Of a stretch of 64,000 bases of DNA, positions 1-12,900 are shown one piece after another. The notes beneath the pieces are model-generated. The model saw only the letters and a list, made by a program, of their open reading frames with translations, searched no databases and had not been told where the DNA came from. The stretch is from Hypanus sabinus (Eukaryota): assembly GCF_030144855.1 (NCBI RefSeq), contig NC_082718.1, positions 14,322,001 to 14,386,000 of the forward strand. Reading direction: 5' to 3'. The number at the start of each line of letters is the position of its first letter. The first letter of the stretch is position 1. The translations under genes were made by a program, and so were the position numbers.

Positions 1-852
1 AGTCAATCATATTACAATCACTTGTCCCTAGGTGTTCTTTTACCTTTAGCTTATTAATCAATACTGGTTCACTTATCACCCAATCCCTAGTGGGCTCAAG
101 CATAAGCTGTTCTAAAAACCCATCACAGGCATTCTAAAAATTGACACTTTTGGAATCCTGCACCAATCTGATATTCCCCATCTACCTGCATTTTGAAACC
201 CCCCATGATTATTGTAACATTGCTCTTTTTGCATACATTTTCTTTCTTTCTCCCTTTGAAATGTGTAGACCACATTGTTACTACTGTTTGTGGTCTGTAT
301 CCAACCCCCATCAGGGTCTTTTTACCCCTGCAGTTCCTTAGATCTATCCACAAAGATTAGCACTTTATGACCCTGTGTCACCTGTTTGTTATGATTTAAT
401 TTTGTTTGTTTTTACCAACAGAGCCATGCCACATAGACGTTCCTGCCTATCCTTTCAATACAATGTGCATCCATGGATATTACGCCACCAGCTATAATCT
501 TTCAGACATGATTCAATGATGCTCACAACATCATACTTGCTAATCTATAAATGTGCTACAGTTCATCGACCTCATTCCGTATACTGCACGCATTCAAATA
601 TAACACTTCTAGTCCTGTCTCGATTTTGTCCGTCATTTACGTTACAACTTGTCCCGTTGACTGCAGTTTTAGCCTCTCATCAGCTTCTCCTTGCTCAGAG
701 TCACACTACACATTACCTCTGTTTGTAAACCAACCACCACATCTTCAGCACCATCACTCTGCTTCCCATCCCCAAGCCAAAAATTAGTTTAACCCCACCC
801 GACTAACTAGCCAACTTGCTCGCAAGGATATTGGGGCCTCCTCGGGTTTAGC
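1..852 (-). mobile_element. CR1 LINE fragment (APE endonuclease region), decayed
   Basis: ORF 123..353 'WIDLRNCRGKKTLMGVGYRP...IIMGGF' matches CR1 ORF2 endonuclease motifs; cut off at 853 by a Gypsy LTR. Confidence 0.8.
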
Positions 853-1236
853 TGTCACCACTTGGGTTTGTGTTGTCCTTGGATTGTTTACCTTTAATTC
901 GAATTGTTTGTCTTGGCACTCGCTCTGGGTTTTCACTTTGGTTTGCAGGCGTCTCATTTGGGATCATGGGGATTTTTAAACTTATTTATCGCCTTGAATC
1001 AATTTGGGATAATTTAATTAGCACGATATTGTCAATGTCTTGTGTTGTAGTTGTTGGCTTTGAGGATTGTTGCTCTGTTGTCTGATTGAGCCTGGATTCC
1101 TGTTGCTCAAGGGTGTATTTCAGAGAGGAATGCCAACCGCTCTTTGCTCGGTTGTTGTGTTTCCTTGTCAGACCGGTTCTCCTGTGTATCGTGAGTAATT
1201 TCATTTCATTAAGATCTTTTACCTGCGCTCTTAGCC

Positions 1237-2168
1237 AATAGACAGGCGCAGGAGTAGGCCATTCAGCCCTTCTAGCCAGCACCACCATTTACTGTGGTCA
1301 TGGCTGATCATACACAATCAGTACCCCGTTCCTGCCCTCTCCCCATATCCTTTGACCCCGCTATCTATAAGAGCTCTATCTAACTCTCTCTTGAATGCAT
1401 CCAGAGACTTGGCCTCCACTGCCTTCTGGGATAGAGCATTCCACATATCCACCACTCTCTGGGTGAAAAAGTTTTTCTGTATCTCTGTTCTAAACGGCCT
1501 ACCCATTATTCTTAAACTGTGGCCTCTAGTTCTGGACTCACCCATCAGCGGGAACATGCTTCCTGCCTCCAGTGTGTCCAATCCCTTAATAATCTTATGT
1601 TTCAATCAGATCCCCTCTCATCCTTCTAAACTCCAGTGTATACAAGCCCAGTCACTCCAATCTTTCAACATATGACAGTCCCGCCATTCCAGGAATTAAC
1701 CTTGTGAACCTACGCTGCACTCCCTCAATAGCAAGAATGTCCTTCCTCAAATTTGGAGACCAAAACTACACACAATACTCTAGGAGTGGTCTCACCAGGG
1801 TCCTGTACAGCTGCAGAAGGACCTCTTTACTGCTATACTCAATTCCTCTTGTTATAAAAGCCAGCATGCCATTAGCTTTCTTCATTGCCTGCTGTACCTG
1901 CATGCTTGCTTTCATTGACTGAGGTACAAGAACACCTAGATCTCGTTGTACTTACCCTTTTCCTAACTTGACTCCATTTAGATAGTAATCTGCCTTCTTG
2001 TTCTTGCCACCAAAGTGGATAACCTCACATTTATCCACATTAAACTGCATCTGCCATACATTTGCCCACTCACCCAACCTGTCCAAGTCACCCTACATTC
2101 TCATAACATCCTCCTGACATTTCACACTGCCACCCAGCTTTGTGCCATCAGCAAATTTGCTAATGTTA
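1237..2168 (-). mobile_element. 5'-truncated young CR1 LINE inserted in the Gypsy 5' LTR
   Basis: ORF 1318..1605 'SRTRGHSLRI..RPFRTEIQKNFFTQRVV..WNAL' is the CR1 ORF2 C-terminus; CR1 3' UTR follows. Confidence 0.9.
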
Positions 2169-2375
2169 GTTTTAATTTGTGTAATGAATTTTCACTTGTG
2201 TTCGAATTGCCAAAGTCTCCTTGAGTCCTGAACGTGAGTTCTGCCGTCAGGTCTGCAGTCTGACCAAGCCAAGAAAAAATTAACTCAGCAGGACTCAACT
2301 TGCAAATAACTCCGCAGAGCTTTGACAGGAGTCCCGAGTCATAACCCAGTGTTGTCTGACATTCGGCTCGAAACG

Positions 2376-2473
2376 TCGACTGTACTTTCCAAAGAAGCTG
2401 CCTGGCCTGCTGATTTCCTCCAGCATTTGTGTGTGTTGCTCGGATTTCCAGCATCTGCAGATTTTCTCTTGTT
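2376..2473 (+). mobile_element. Penelope-type terminal repeat fragment
   Basis: 'gaaacgtcgactgtac...gctgcctggcctgctga.ttcctccagcatt.gtgtgtgttgctcggatttccagcatctgcaga' is a common elasmobranch repeat end; family assigned from recall. Confidence 0.55.
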
Positions 2474-4880
2474 TGTGGACTGATGCCGCACAAGTTTCCT
2501 ACAGAACAAAATAAAGTGGCTTACGTTATTTCCCTCCTCTCCGGTAAAACTCTGGAATGGGCAACAGCGGGGAGAGAGGGGGCACCCCAAATGTTTCTTT
2601 ACTGGTGACATAGGAAGAGTGTTTAAGCGTTCCATTCGTGGGGCAACAGGCGGCAGCGAGTCTTCTTGGCACAAGACGGGTCGAGACCAACGGCGGACTA
2701 TTCAGAAATGTGGCTCTAGATAGTGAATGAAACAGACAAGCTCTGCTGGAAAAGGGCTCAACAACAATCTTAAACTGACAGGTCGCGATTCCATACCGCT
2801 CCTTCATGGTCTAGTAACCGATTTAGCCATTCATCTAAACATCAGTCTCTCCGAACGGCGGCAGAGCGGCGTCAGCATTTTCCCAGCTTCTATCCTTGCT
2901 ACCTTCTCCCTCTAACAACCTCGCCATTCCCTTCTCCAGAAATTTCGCCGACCTACTCGTCAGATGCCATGGAACACATACACTTGGGCAGGACACACTT
3001 CTCGGTTACTCAACGCCACAGAAGATTTAAAGAGAGACTTTGTTGGTACTGCGAGGAAATGGGACATTACCTGGCCATGAGCCAAAGAGGTTGGGAAACT
3101 CCTGGGAGCCACAGTGAGGAGAGATTTGTGACATTCCCTGGAGCTTCTCCTATAAGCACTTGCTCGGTGTTACATGTACCCTCTTCGATATGGAATCGAA
3201 AGGAGTTTCCCATTCGGGCATTTGTTGATTCGGGTTCAGCAGGTAATTTTAGATTTTGCGGGGCGGCACGACAAATAGAGTCCCTATCTCTAAGCTTGAT
3301 CATTTTACGATCCCGGCCCTGGGATAGTAGACCTCTTGAGCCGGGTAAAGTTTGTTACATTTCCGGACCGTTAGGCTTTCGGATAGAGAATCGTCTTTAA
3401 AGCTCCCCTTGAAACATTCAATAAGGTCCATTTTATTGTTGTCTCCGCATGTCCTTGTGATTGACTGCTCCCAGGGAGTCATTCCTGCCGGCAGCTTCGT
3501 CTTTTCATCGGTTTCTCAGAATCGCGAGTATGTGAACCGAACGCCCGAGATCAAAATGAAGATCACGAACCAGTGCCCGACTTTCCTGAGTTAGAAGCTA
3601 TTAATGAGTTTAAGGGAGTCCCTCCTGGATACACAGATCTCCTCGAAGTGTTTAGCAAGAAAAGAACGACCTCGCTACCACCCCATCGTGATTATGATTA
3701 CGCTATTGATATATTACCGGGTTTCTGCCCTTCTCCAGGGAGGCTGTTCTCCCTATCTAGTCCTGAGACACGGGGTATGAAGAATTACCTCAGAGGCGTT
3801 GGCAGCGGGGTTTATCAGACCCTTGACGTCCCCTGCAGGGACGGGGTTTTCCTTGTCAGTGAGAAGGACGGCAGCCTAAGACCGCGTACCTTTTTCAAAT
3901 TCATATCAGGAATATGTTCATCGTGTTCCTCAGGGTTCATTTGACGACAACTTCTTTGTCAAGCTAGCGAAGTATGAATTTCATGTTCCTTTTTAAAATT
4001 TGTTATTTCGCAGAGAGACCTATTAATGGATCCGTATAAAACTGGCGCCTTTCGGGACTGACCACTCCCATTTCCGTCAAGCAGGTTCGGAGATTCTTGG
4101 GCTTTGTTAATTTTAACAGGAGATCTATTTTTAAAAAAAAATTAGCTCCGGGGCTGCTCCTTTGATTAATCTTACCAAGAAATGGTCGCTTCGTTTCTGT
4201 TGGACAGCAGATGTGGATTCCACCTTTAAGGACCCTAAGAACCGTTTTGTCCCTGCTCCCATATTGTGCCCGCCCAACGGCGATCTGCCCTTTGTGTGGA
4301 GGTAGATACCTGTACTTCCGAAATGGAGTAGGGGCAGTACTGTCCCAACGTTTCACCACTGATAAATGTTGCATCCCCGCGCTTACTTTCCGAAACTGTT
4401 GTCACCAGACCAGGGGTCAGCAACCTTTACCACTGAAAGAGCCACTTGGACCCGTTTCCCACAGAAAAGAAAACACTGGGAGCCGCAAAACCCGTTTGAC
4501 ATTTAAAATGAAATAACACTGCATACAACGTTTTTTTTGCCTTTATGCTATGTATAAACAAACTATAATGTGTTGCATTTATGAAATTGATGAACTCCTG
4601 CAGAGAAAACGAAATTACATTTCTGCATGCAACAAAAACATTTTGAACTCCGAAAAAAAGACGTTGGGTTGAAAGTTACTTTTAAGTAAAATACTCAATG
4701 TCTATTTGAGTCCTTCTTGTATTTATGAAAAACGCCGAACTTAAATTTTCCGCCAGCAGCAAACCAAAAATAACGTCAGCCAGCTGTCAGCCTGAAAAAT
4801 AAAAGGACTATTTCACTGAACAATGAAAAAATATGAATATACATAAAATAATAGGCAATTAAAATATTTATCATACTTGG

Positions 4881-5783
4881 TTAATGGGATTTCTGCTCCT
4901 GGACCTCAGCGCACAGCGTCTGCACATCAGGGCTGTATGACGTCACCTTCATCTTTACACAGGATCGCAAGCTGTCATCTGTGAGGCGTGCGCGATGTTT
5001 GTTTTTAATAAAGTTCATGTTGGAGAACACCTGCTCACTTACATATGTGGATCCAAAGATCGACAGGACTCAAAGCGCATACTTTTTAATGTTTACATAA
5101 ATGTCGGGCATAGCATTCCATGTTTCGAACACAAGTTTGTCCGGTTTTGGAAGGTTTTCAATATCACTCCATTTGTGTTTCTGAGCAAGAACGGCCTTCT
5201 GACGGGCAACATCTTCAAGGTCTGCTGTCAAGCGTCTAAACTTGGACACCCATATGTCTTTGTCGGCTATGTCGGCCAGTTCCATCTCAAGATCAGGTTG
5301 ACTCACACCTGCCAATGCAGTCGTATTCAGTAGGGAAGGATCGATGCTTAAGGGAGTGACCGGGAAGGATAATGTGTTTTTTTCCTCTCTGAACTCACAG
5401 AAGCGTTTCCCAAACGATGTTTGCATTGTGATGATTGCAGAATGTAAATACTCCGAAATTATCATGTCGTGACCTTGTTTGAACTCTCTCAAATTGGGGA
5501 AGTGAGACAAAGTGCCTTTCTGTAAATCTCTGGCAAGCAATGTCAACTTGCGCTCGAATGCCAAGACATCCTCCAACATGTGCAGGGCTGTACGTCCTTT
5601 CCCCTGAAGAGCTGTGTTCAGCGTGTTCAGGTGCGCTGTCATGTCTACCATGAAGTGTAGCTTTTCCAGCCACTCTGGCTGTTCCAGCTCAGGAAAGGTG
5701 AGCCCTTTGCTGCCCAGGAAAGTTTTCACTTCTTCCAGACACGCGACAAAGCGTTTCAGCACCTTCCGTCTGGACAGCCAGCG
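4881..5783 (-). pseudogene. C-terminal third of a GTF2IRD2-like hAT transposase
   Basis: 'RWLSRRKVLKRF...' through the 230-aa ORF 5070..5762; one in-frame TGA at 5070-5072, then 'VLSIFGSTYVSEQVFSNMNFIKNKHRARLTD...QKSH*' (hAT dimerisation domain) to 4881. Confidence 0.92.
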
Positions 5784-5795
5784 ATAAAAACACGT

Positions 5796-5998
5796 TGTAG
5801 CGGTGTCAGTAAACTGCAGTCAAAGATAGCTTTATTCGAACTAAACAGCCTTGCTTTTAAGCCTCCCTCAACCCAGCCCCCATGGACGCAGATGCTGCAA
5901 AAGACGCGTACTCACAAACCCCCGTAGGCTATCTCCCTTAGCCGGAATGCTGGCTAATTGTGAGCCGTTTCGGATGTGCCAGGAAATGTGTCGCCACA
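5796..5998 (-). mobile_element. Solo LTR (203 bp) inside the hAT element
   Basis: Minus strand reads TGTGGCG...CGCTACA (TG..CA with ~7-bp terminal inverted repeat), with internal cttaaaa and AATAAA. Confidence 0.7.
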
Positions 5999-8332
5999 CT
6001 TAGATTGTACAAGATCACCATAATCTTCAAATTTAGAATTACATTTCAAAAGCTAACAAACTAACATAAAATACATTTTAATTAAATACTGACCAATTAT
6101 TTCCCAAAGCCACAGGGAGCCGCAGCACAGAGGTGAAAGAGCCACAAATGGCTCGGGAGCCGCAGGTTGCCGACCCCCGCACCAGACAAATCAAATTATG
6201 ATATTGTTCACCGGGATCTGTTGGTTGTTAAACTGGTTTGGAAGAGTGGCGGCACTGGTTTACAGGGGCGATGTACCGTTTATAGTTTGAAAAGATCATA
6301 AAAAATAGCTTATATCGAGATCGACAAGAGAATTAACTCATGATAAGCCTGTTGGGCATTGTTTTTTTTTACCTGTTTTAAAAGTAACACTACTTATCGC
6401 CCAGGTTCGCCCTGTCTGTGCAATTTGAGCCCCCCCCCCCCACCCATTGGATAGATAGACTGGATTTGATATATACGGAGAATAAACTTTGACTCCTGTC
6501 ATGTAGGATATTCATCGCCAAGTCAGACAAATATTGCAGAGGAGTAATTTAGATCCTAGTAATGTTCCACTGGGTCGCCTTTTTGTGCCACCCGAACTTA
6601 GGTCGGAGGTGCTCAAATGGGGACATGCACCCAGGAGGATAACGGCCTGCTCTGAGATTTCAAACAGCTTAGATTTCATAAAACAACATTATTGGTGACC
6701 TGGTGTTAATAGGGACGTCGTCATTTCTCCAAGCCTGTGATGTTTGTGCCCATTCCGTATTCTAATTCTCCTCCTCAGGGTCTTCTCTGTCCCCTCCCAT
6801 TCTCTTCCCACCCCTGGTCCCATCACTCACCGCATTTTATCAATTACTTGTTCCCTTCATCCTCCTCTCCTGTTATTTTAGTCCTGGGTGATCGATTTTC
6901 TACGGCTTGTAAATTTCTCCCCACCCTAAACTGCCAACTGGCCACGAAACTGCAGACTGGTTATTACAGCAGGAGTTTAATGTACTTGGATGTCCTTCTG
7001 CTGTAAACTTGTTGGAGCTGCCTCGAGCTTTTCTTCTGGTTTTCACCAATGAATGAATGGTCAAAGTAAGAGTTCTAACCAAGTTCGGAAGGCACCCTTT
7101 GTTGCCTTGTTTCTGGTAACCAATCCTCTTGGAGTGCCCATTCAATTTGGGCAGAGATAGCTCATAACATCCATTTGTCACTTAGTATGTCTCCTTTCAA
7201 ATGTCATTTTGGGGTTGAGCCTTCTCTTTCTCGAGCAGTCAATGTTCTGTCTCCTAAACAGTTTGTTGTGCACTGTGGAAGGTGATGGCTTCAAGCCAAG
7301 AGGACTGGACTTTGGTGAGGCAGCAGTTTCATGCTAACAGGAGGAGGCACCTGTGTCCTTTTTGCGTGGGTCAGCAAATTTGTCTCTACCCAAGATCTCC
7401 GCCTTAAAATTGAATCCCAGAAACCAACTCCTTGATTCATTAGAGCCTTTATGATTGTTAAGAGGATCAGTCCTGGAATTTATAGATTACAGCTTTCCGT
7501 CTCTCTGAATTCATCCCAACTTTCATATATCTAAACTTAAACCCCTATTCTAGCGGTCCTTTAGCCCCTTCGCCAAAACTTCCCCCTCCTCCTAGTGTCA
7601 CCAATGGATCACGCTGTCCACAAATTGCTTGACTCCTAGCAACTTAAGGCACAGTTACAGTGTTTAGTTGATTGGGAGGGGCGTGGTCTAGAGGAAAGGA
7701 GTTGAGTTCCAGTCTGGGATATTTTGAATCCTGATCTGATTACTGGTTTTCTTTGGCCTCGCCCCGATTACCTGGAGTCAGCTTTAGAAAGGGGGATTCT
7801 AGTATGCGGACTGTATTTTCTCAGTGTCAGCTCATGGGTATACATCGTTCCTTGGCTTGTTTACCTTTAATGTCTAATTGTTTGCCTGTGTACTTGCTCT
7901 GGTTTTTCACCTTGTTTTGCAGGTGTCTTATTTGGTGTCGTGAACATTGTCAAACTCTTTGTATTTATCACTTTATTCAATTCAGGATAATTTAATGAGC
8001 TCAGTATTTTCAAGGTTATGTATTGTAGTTGTTGGCTTTGGGCATTATTGCTTTGTCTGGACACCTGTGTTTTCTGATTGGGGCTGAATTCCTACAGGCT
8101 CCAGGGTGTATGTCAGGGGGACATGTCAACCCATCTTTGCTCAGCGATTATGGTTCCCTGTCGGACCGAGTTCATTTGTGTATTGTGACTAATTGCTGTT
8201 CGCCAACATTCAGTATTGTTTGCTAGAGTTCTTGTTTGAGTTTCTATTGAATTTTTGTAATAAATCTTTCATTTTGTTTGAATTTCCAAAGTCTCCAGAC
8301 TCCTGCACTTGAATTCGCTAGTGCCCCCCACA

Positions 8333-8650
8333 GTACGAATGAACCAAGAAAAACTAACTCAGCAAGATTCAATGTGTGATCTGATCTGGCAAAGCAGAAG
8401 GCCACAATCAGCAGGCATGAGCAGCAGCTACAGGAAATGAACATTGCTCTCTCTGCCATCAAGGAAAATCTAACAGCCAAGGAATCAGGTATGCCACGAC
8501 CTCAAGGGGTGGGGGGGGGGGGGGGGGGGAAAGAGTGCCAATAGCTCCCGAAATCTGTCTGTTCCAGAGTGCTTGGACAGGAACCCTGAGTTGTGCTGAG
8601 GGTCCATAACCCAGTGTTCTCTGATGTTCAATCATTCAGGAGATCATCCA
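8333..8650 (+). mobile_element. Second Gypsy internal stub (gag start) after the downstream LTR
   Basis: Leader 'ccaagaaaactaactcagca' mirrors 2268-2290; translates 'LAKQKATISRHEQQLQEM..' and 'PECLDRNPELC*GSITQCSLMF'. Confidence 0.7.
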
Positions 8651-8775
8651 TTAGTGGACTAATCATACAAAAGTAATTCAGACGTACAAAAGTAATGAAA
8701 ACACACACTGATAAAACAAATTAAAATTGCATGACAGATTCTTAGAGTACGTTGTGGAATTGGGGATCAAAGAAG

Positions 8776-11700
8776 ACCATAAGATATAGGAGCAGGAGTA
8801 GGCCGTTTGGCCCATCAAGTCTGCTCTGCCATTCAGTCATGGGCTGATCCAATTCTTCCAGTCATCCCCACTCCCCTGCTTTCACCCATACCCTTTCATG
8901 CCCTGGCTAATCAAGAACCTATCTATCTCTGCCTTAAATGCACCCAATGACTTGGCTTCCACAGCTGCTCGTGACAACAAATTCCACAGATTTACCACCC
9001 TCTGATGAAAGTAATTTCTTCGCATTTCTGTTCTAAGTGGGCACCCTTCAATCCTGAAGTTGTGCCCTCTTCTCCTAGAATCCCCAACCATGGGAAATAA
9101 CTTTGTTATATCGAATCTGTTTAGGCCTTTTAACATTCCGACTGTCTCTGAGATACCCCCCCCCCCCATTCTCCTGAACACCAGGGAATACAGTCCAAGG
9201 GCTGGCTGACTTTCCTCACATGGTAACCCTTTCACTCCTGGAATCATTCTCATAAATCTTCTCTGAACCCTCTCCAATGTCAGTATATCCTTTCTAAAAT
9301 AAGGAACCCAAAACTGCACACAATACTCCAAGTGTGGTCTCATGAGTGTCTTACAGAGCCCCAACATTACATCCCTACTCTTATATTCTATACCTCTCAA
9401 AAAGAATGCCAACATTGCATTTGCCTTCTTCACAACCAACTCAAACTGGAGGTTAAACTTTAGAGTATCTTGCACAAGGACTCCCAAGTCCCTTTGCATC
9501 TCTGCATTTTGAATTCTCTCCCCATCTAAATAAGTCTGCCTGTTTATTTCTTCCACCAAAGTGCATGGCCACACACTCTCCAACATTGTATTTCATTTGC
9601 CACTTTGCCCATTCCCCTAAACTATCTGAGTCTCTCTGCAGGCTCTCTGCTTCCTCAACGATACCCACTCCTCCACCTATCTTTGTATCATCAGCAAATT
9701 TAGCCACAAATCCATTAATCCCATAATCGAAATCATTGGCATTCTTCGTAAAAAAGCAGCGGTCCCAACACAGACCCCGAACTCCAATGGTTACCGGCAG
9801 CCAGCCAGAAAAGGATCCCTTTATTCCCACTTTCTGCTTACTGCCAACCAGCCAATGCTCCACCCACACTAGTAACTTCCCTGTAATTCCATGGGCTCTT
9901 GTCTTGCTAAGCAGCCTCATGTGTGACACATTATTAAAGGCCATCTGAAAATCCAAGTACACCACATCTACTGCATCTCCTTTGTCTACCCTTCTTGTAA
10001 TTTCCTCAAAAAATTGCAGCATGTCAGTTGGGCAGGATTTTCCTTTCAGGAAACCATGCTGTCTTTGGCTACCTTGTCATGTGCCTTCAGGTATAACATA
10101 ATCTCATCCCTAACAATCGATTCCAACAACTTCCCAACCACTAATGTCAGGCTAACAGGTCTCTCTACCTTTCTGCTGCCTCCCACCCTTAAATAGCAGA
10201 GTAACATTTGCAAATTTCCAGTCATCTGGTACAATGCCAGAATCTATCAATTCTTGAAAGATTATTATTAGTTCTTCCGCAATCTCTCCAGCTACTTCCT
10301 TTCAACCCGGGGGTGCAATCCATCAGGTCCTTGAGATTTATCCACCTTCAGACCATTAAGCTTCCCGAGCACCACCTCAGTCGTAATTTTCACTGCACAT
10401 ACTTCACTTCCCTGTCATTCTTGAATGTCTGGTATACGGCAGATGTTTCCCACTGTAAAGACGGATTAAAAATACACATTCAGTTCCTCTGCCATCTTTG
10501 CATCTCTCAGTACAATATCTCCAACGTCATTTTCTATAGGTCCTATATCTACCTTCAACTCTCATTTCCCCTTTATATACTTAAAAGCTTTTTGTATCTT
10601 TGTTATTAGTAATCAGCTTCTTTCATAATTCATCTTTTCCTTCTTAATAACCGTATTAGTTTCCTTCTGCAAGTTTTTAAAAGCTTCCCAATGCTCTATC
10701 TTCCAGCTAGCTTTGGCTTCCTTGTATGCCCTCTCCTTTGTTTTTACTTTGGCTCTGACTTCATTTGTCAGCCACGATAGTGTCTTTACTCCATTTGAAA
10801 ATTTCTTATTTGAAATAATACTGTCTTGCACTTCCCTCATTTTGCACAGAAATTCCATCCATTGCTGCTCTGCTATCCTTCCTTTCCAGTCAACCTTGGC
10901 CAGTTTCCCTCTTGTGCCATTGTAATTTCCTTTATTCCACTGAAATACCAACACATTGGAATTTAGTTTCTCTTTCTCAAATTTCAAAGAGAACTCGATC
11001 ATATTGTGATCACTGTTCCCTAAGGATTCCTTAACTTTAAACTCTCTTATCACCTCTGGATCATTGCAGAACACCCAATCCAGCACAGCCAATCCCCTCA
11101 TGGGCTCAACAACAAGCTGTTTTAAAAAGCCATCCCTTAGACATTCTACAAATTCTCTCTTGAGGTCCAGTACTGGCCTGGTTTTCCCAGTCCACTTTCA
11201 TGTTAAAATCCCCAATGATTATCATGACATTGCCTTTCTGACATGCCTTTTCTATCTCCAGCTGTAAATTGTAATCCACATCCTGGCTACTATTTGGAGG
11301 CCTGTATACAAATGCCTTGGGGTTCTTTACCCTTGCCATTTCTAAAATCAACCCATAATGACTCTATACCTTCCAATCCTATGTCATCCCTTTCTGATGA
11401 TTTATTATTATTACACACAGGGCCACACCACCCCTTCTGCCAACTAACCTATCTTTCTGATACACTGTATATCCTTGGACATTCAACTGCCAGTGCTAGC
11501 CATCCTTTAGCCAAGTTTCAGAGATGGCCACAACGTCATACTTGTCAAACTGTAGCTGAATTTCAAGATCATCCATGTTATTTCTTATGTTGCATGAATT
11601 CAAATACAACACTCTGTCCAGTATTTGTTGCTTTCTGTTTTAACTGCACCACGTCTCTATTGCCCTGTAACTCATCCCACTGGCTGTGATTATGCCTCAT

Positions 11701-12900
11701 CTCCTGCCTGTCCTTTCTATCATCTCTGTTGCACACTATCTTTTATTTGTTTTCCCTTTCCTCAGTCCTATCACTCCAGTTCCCATCCACCTGCCAAATT
11801 AGTTTAAACCCTCTCTAACACTATTAGACCTGCCTGCTAGGATATTGGACGCCTTTGGGTTCAGGTGTAACCCATGCTTTTTGTACAGGTCATAGCTCCC
11901 CCAGAAGACGCCCCAATGATCCAGGAACCTGAAACCTGCCCCCTACACCAGTGTCTCAGCCATGCATTAATATGGCTGATCATGCTATTGTTGTGCTCAT
12001 TAGCACGTGGCACAGACAGCAATCCTGAGATTACTACCCTGGAGGTCCTGCTTTTCAGCTTCCAAACCAATTCCATGAATTCTCTCTTCAGGATCTCCTC
12101 CCTTTTTCTACCCATTTCATTGGTACCAACGTGTACCAGGACTTCTGGCTGTTCACCCTCTCCCTTCAGAATACTCTGCACCCGACCCGAGACATTCCAC
12201 ACCCTGGCACCTGGGAGGCAACACACCATGTGTGTATCTCTATCAGGCTGACAGAACCTCCTGTCTGTTCTCCTCACTATGGAAACACATATGACTATGG
12301 CATTCCTCATCTTTTCTCCCTTCTACACCATGGAACTAGGCTCAGTGCCAGAGACCTGATCACCATGGCCGTCCTCTGTCAGGTCATCCCCCTCAGGAAC
12401 ATCCAAAATGAGATAACGATTACTGACGGGGATGGCCACAGGGGTGCTCTCTACTATCTGAGCTCTTCCCATCCCTTCCCTGACAGTCACCTACTTATTT
12501 CACTCCTGCAGTCTCAGGGGGACAAACTCATTGAAGCTCCTATCCATCTCCTGCTCACTTTCCCTAATAAGCTGTAGGTCATCAAGCCGCAGCTCCAGAT
12601 TCCTAACATGGTCTCTCAGGAGCTGCATCTCAGTGCACCTGGTGCAGATGTGACCATCTGGAGGACTGGAAGATCCCCAGGATTCCCACATCTGACACCC
12701 AGAGCAAAGTACTAACCCTACAGACATGCTCTTTATTCTTATTTTTTTTAAAAAAGGAAAAAAACGAAGTCCACTTACCCAATTCCCTGCTCAAAGCCCA
12801 AATGAGCCAAAGTCCTCTCTGCCTCAGATCACTCTGTTGATGACTGCTCCAGTAGACAGTGTCTCCCTTTTATACCTGAACCTTCCCTTCTAACTAACTC
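8776..12900 (-). mobile_element. Near full-length, decayed CR1 LINE (ORF1 + ORF2)
   Basis: ORF1 zinc finger 'VLCSGCQMWE..ICTRC' (12500..12727) and SGNH esterase 'VCCLPGARV..VLVHVGTNE' (11861..12310); ORF2 APE 'IIIGDFN', 'LGNSDHN'; RT 'VVYLDFQMAF', 'KFADDTK'; 3' tail near 8776. Confidence 0.93.

Larger units (their letters stand above)
4411..6179 (-). mobile_element. hAT (Charlie/Buster group) internally deleted DNA transposon
   Basis: 16-bp TIRs caggggtcagcaacct (4411-4426) and aggttgccgacccccg (6164-6179), 14/16 match; perfect 8-bp TSD caccagac at 4403-4410 and 6180-6187. Confidence 0.95.
853..8332 (+). mobile_element. Decayed Ty3/Gypsy chromovirus (Sushi/Tf2-like) with two LTR-like ends
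   Basis: LTR-like copies at ~853-2260 (split by CR1) and ~7800-8332; gag zinc knuckle 'LCWYCEEMGHY'; protease 'FVDSGSAGNF'; RT start 'LPPHRDYDYAIDILPG'; RNase H and integrase remnants; chromodomain 'VDWEG..EERS*VPVWDILNPDLI' (~7666-7745); purine tract agaaaggggg at ~7786-7795. Confidence 0.88.

Noticed and set aside
2376-2400. Hammerhead ribozyme in the Penelope-type tail
   Set aside because: Only the GAAAC half is present; the CTGANGA core is truncated.
2969-3944. PEG10/RTL1-like domesticated gene
   Set aside because: Multiple frameshifts and deletions; part of an LTR-flanked Gypsy.
5070-5762. Host gene GTF2IRD2 or a domesticated transposase
   Set aside because: Lies within TIRs and a TSD, is N-terminally truncated and has a premature stop.
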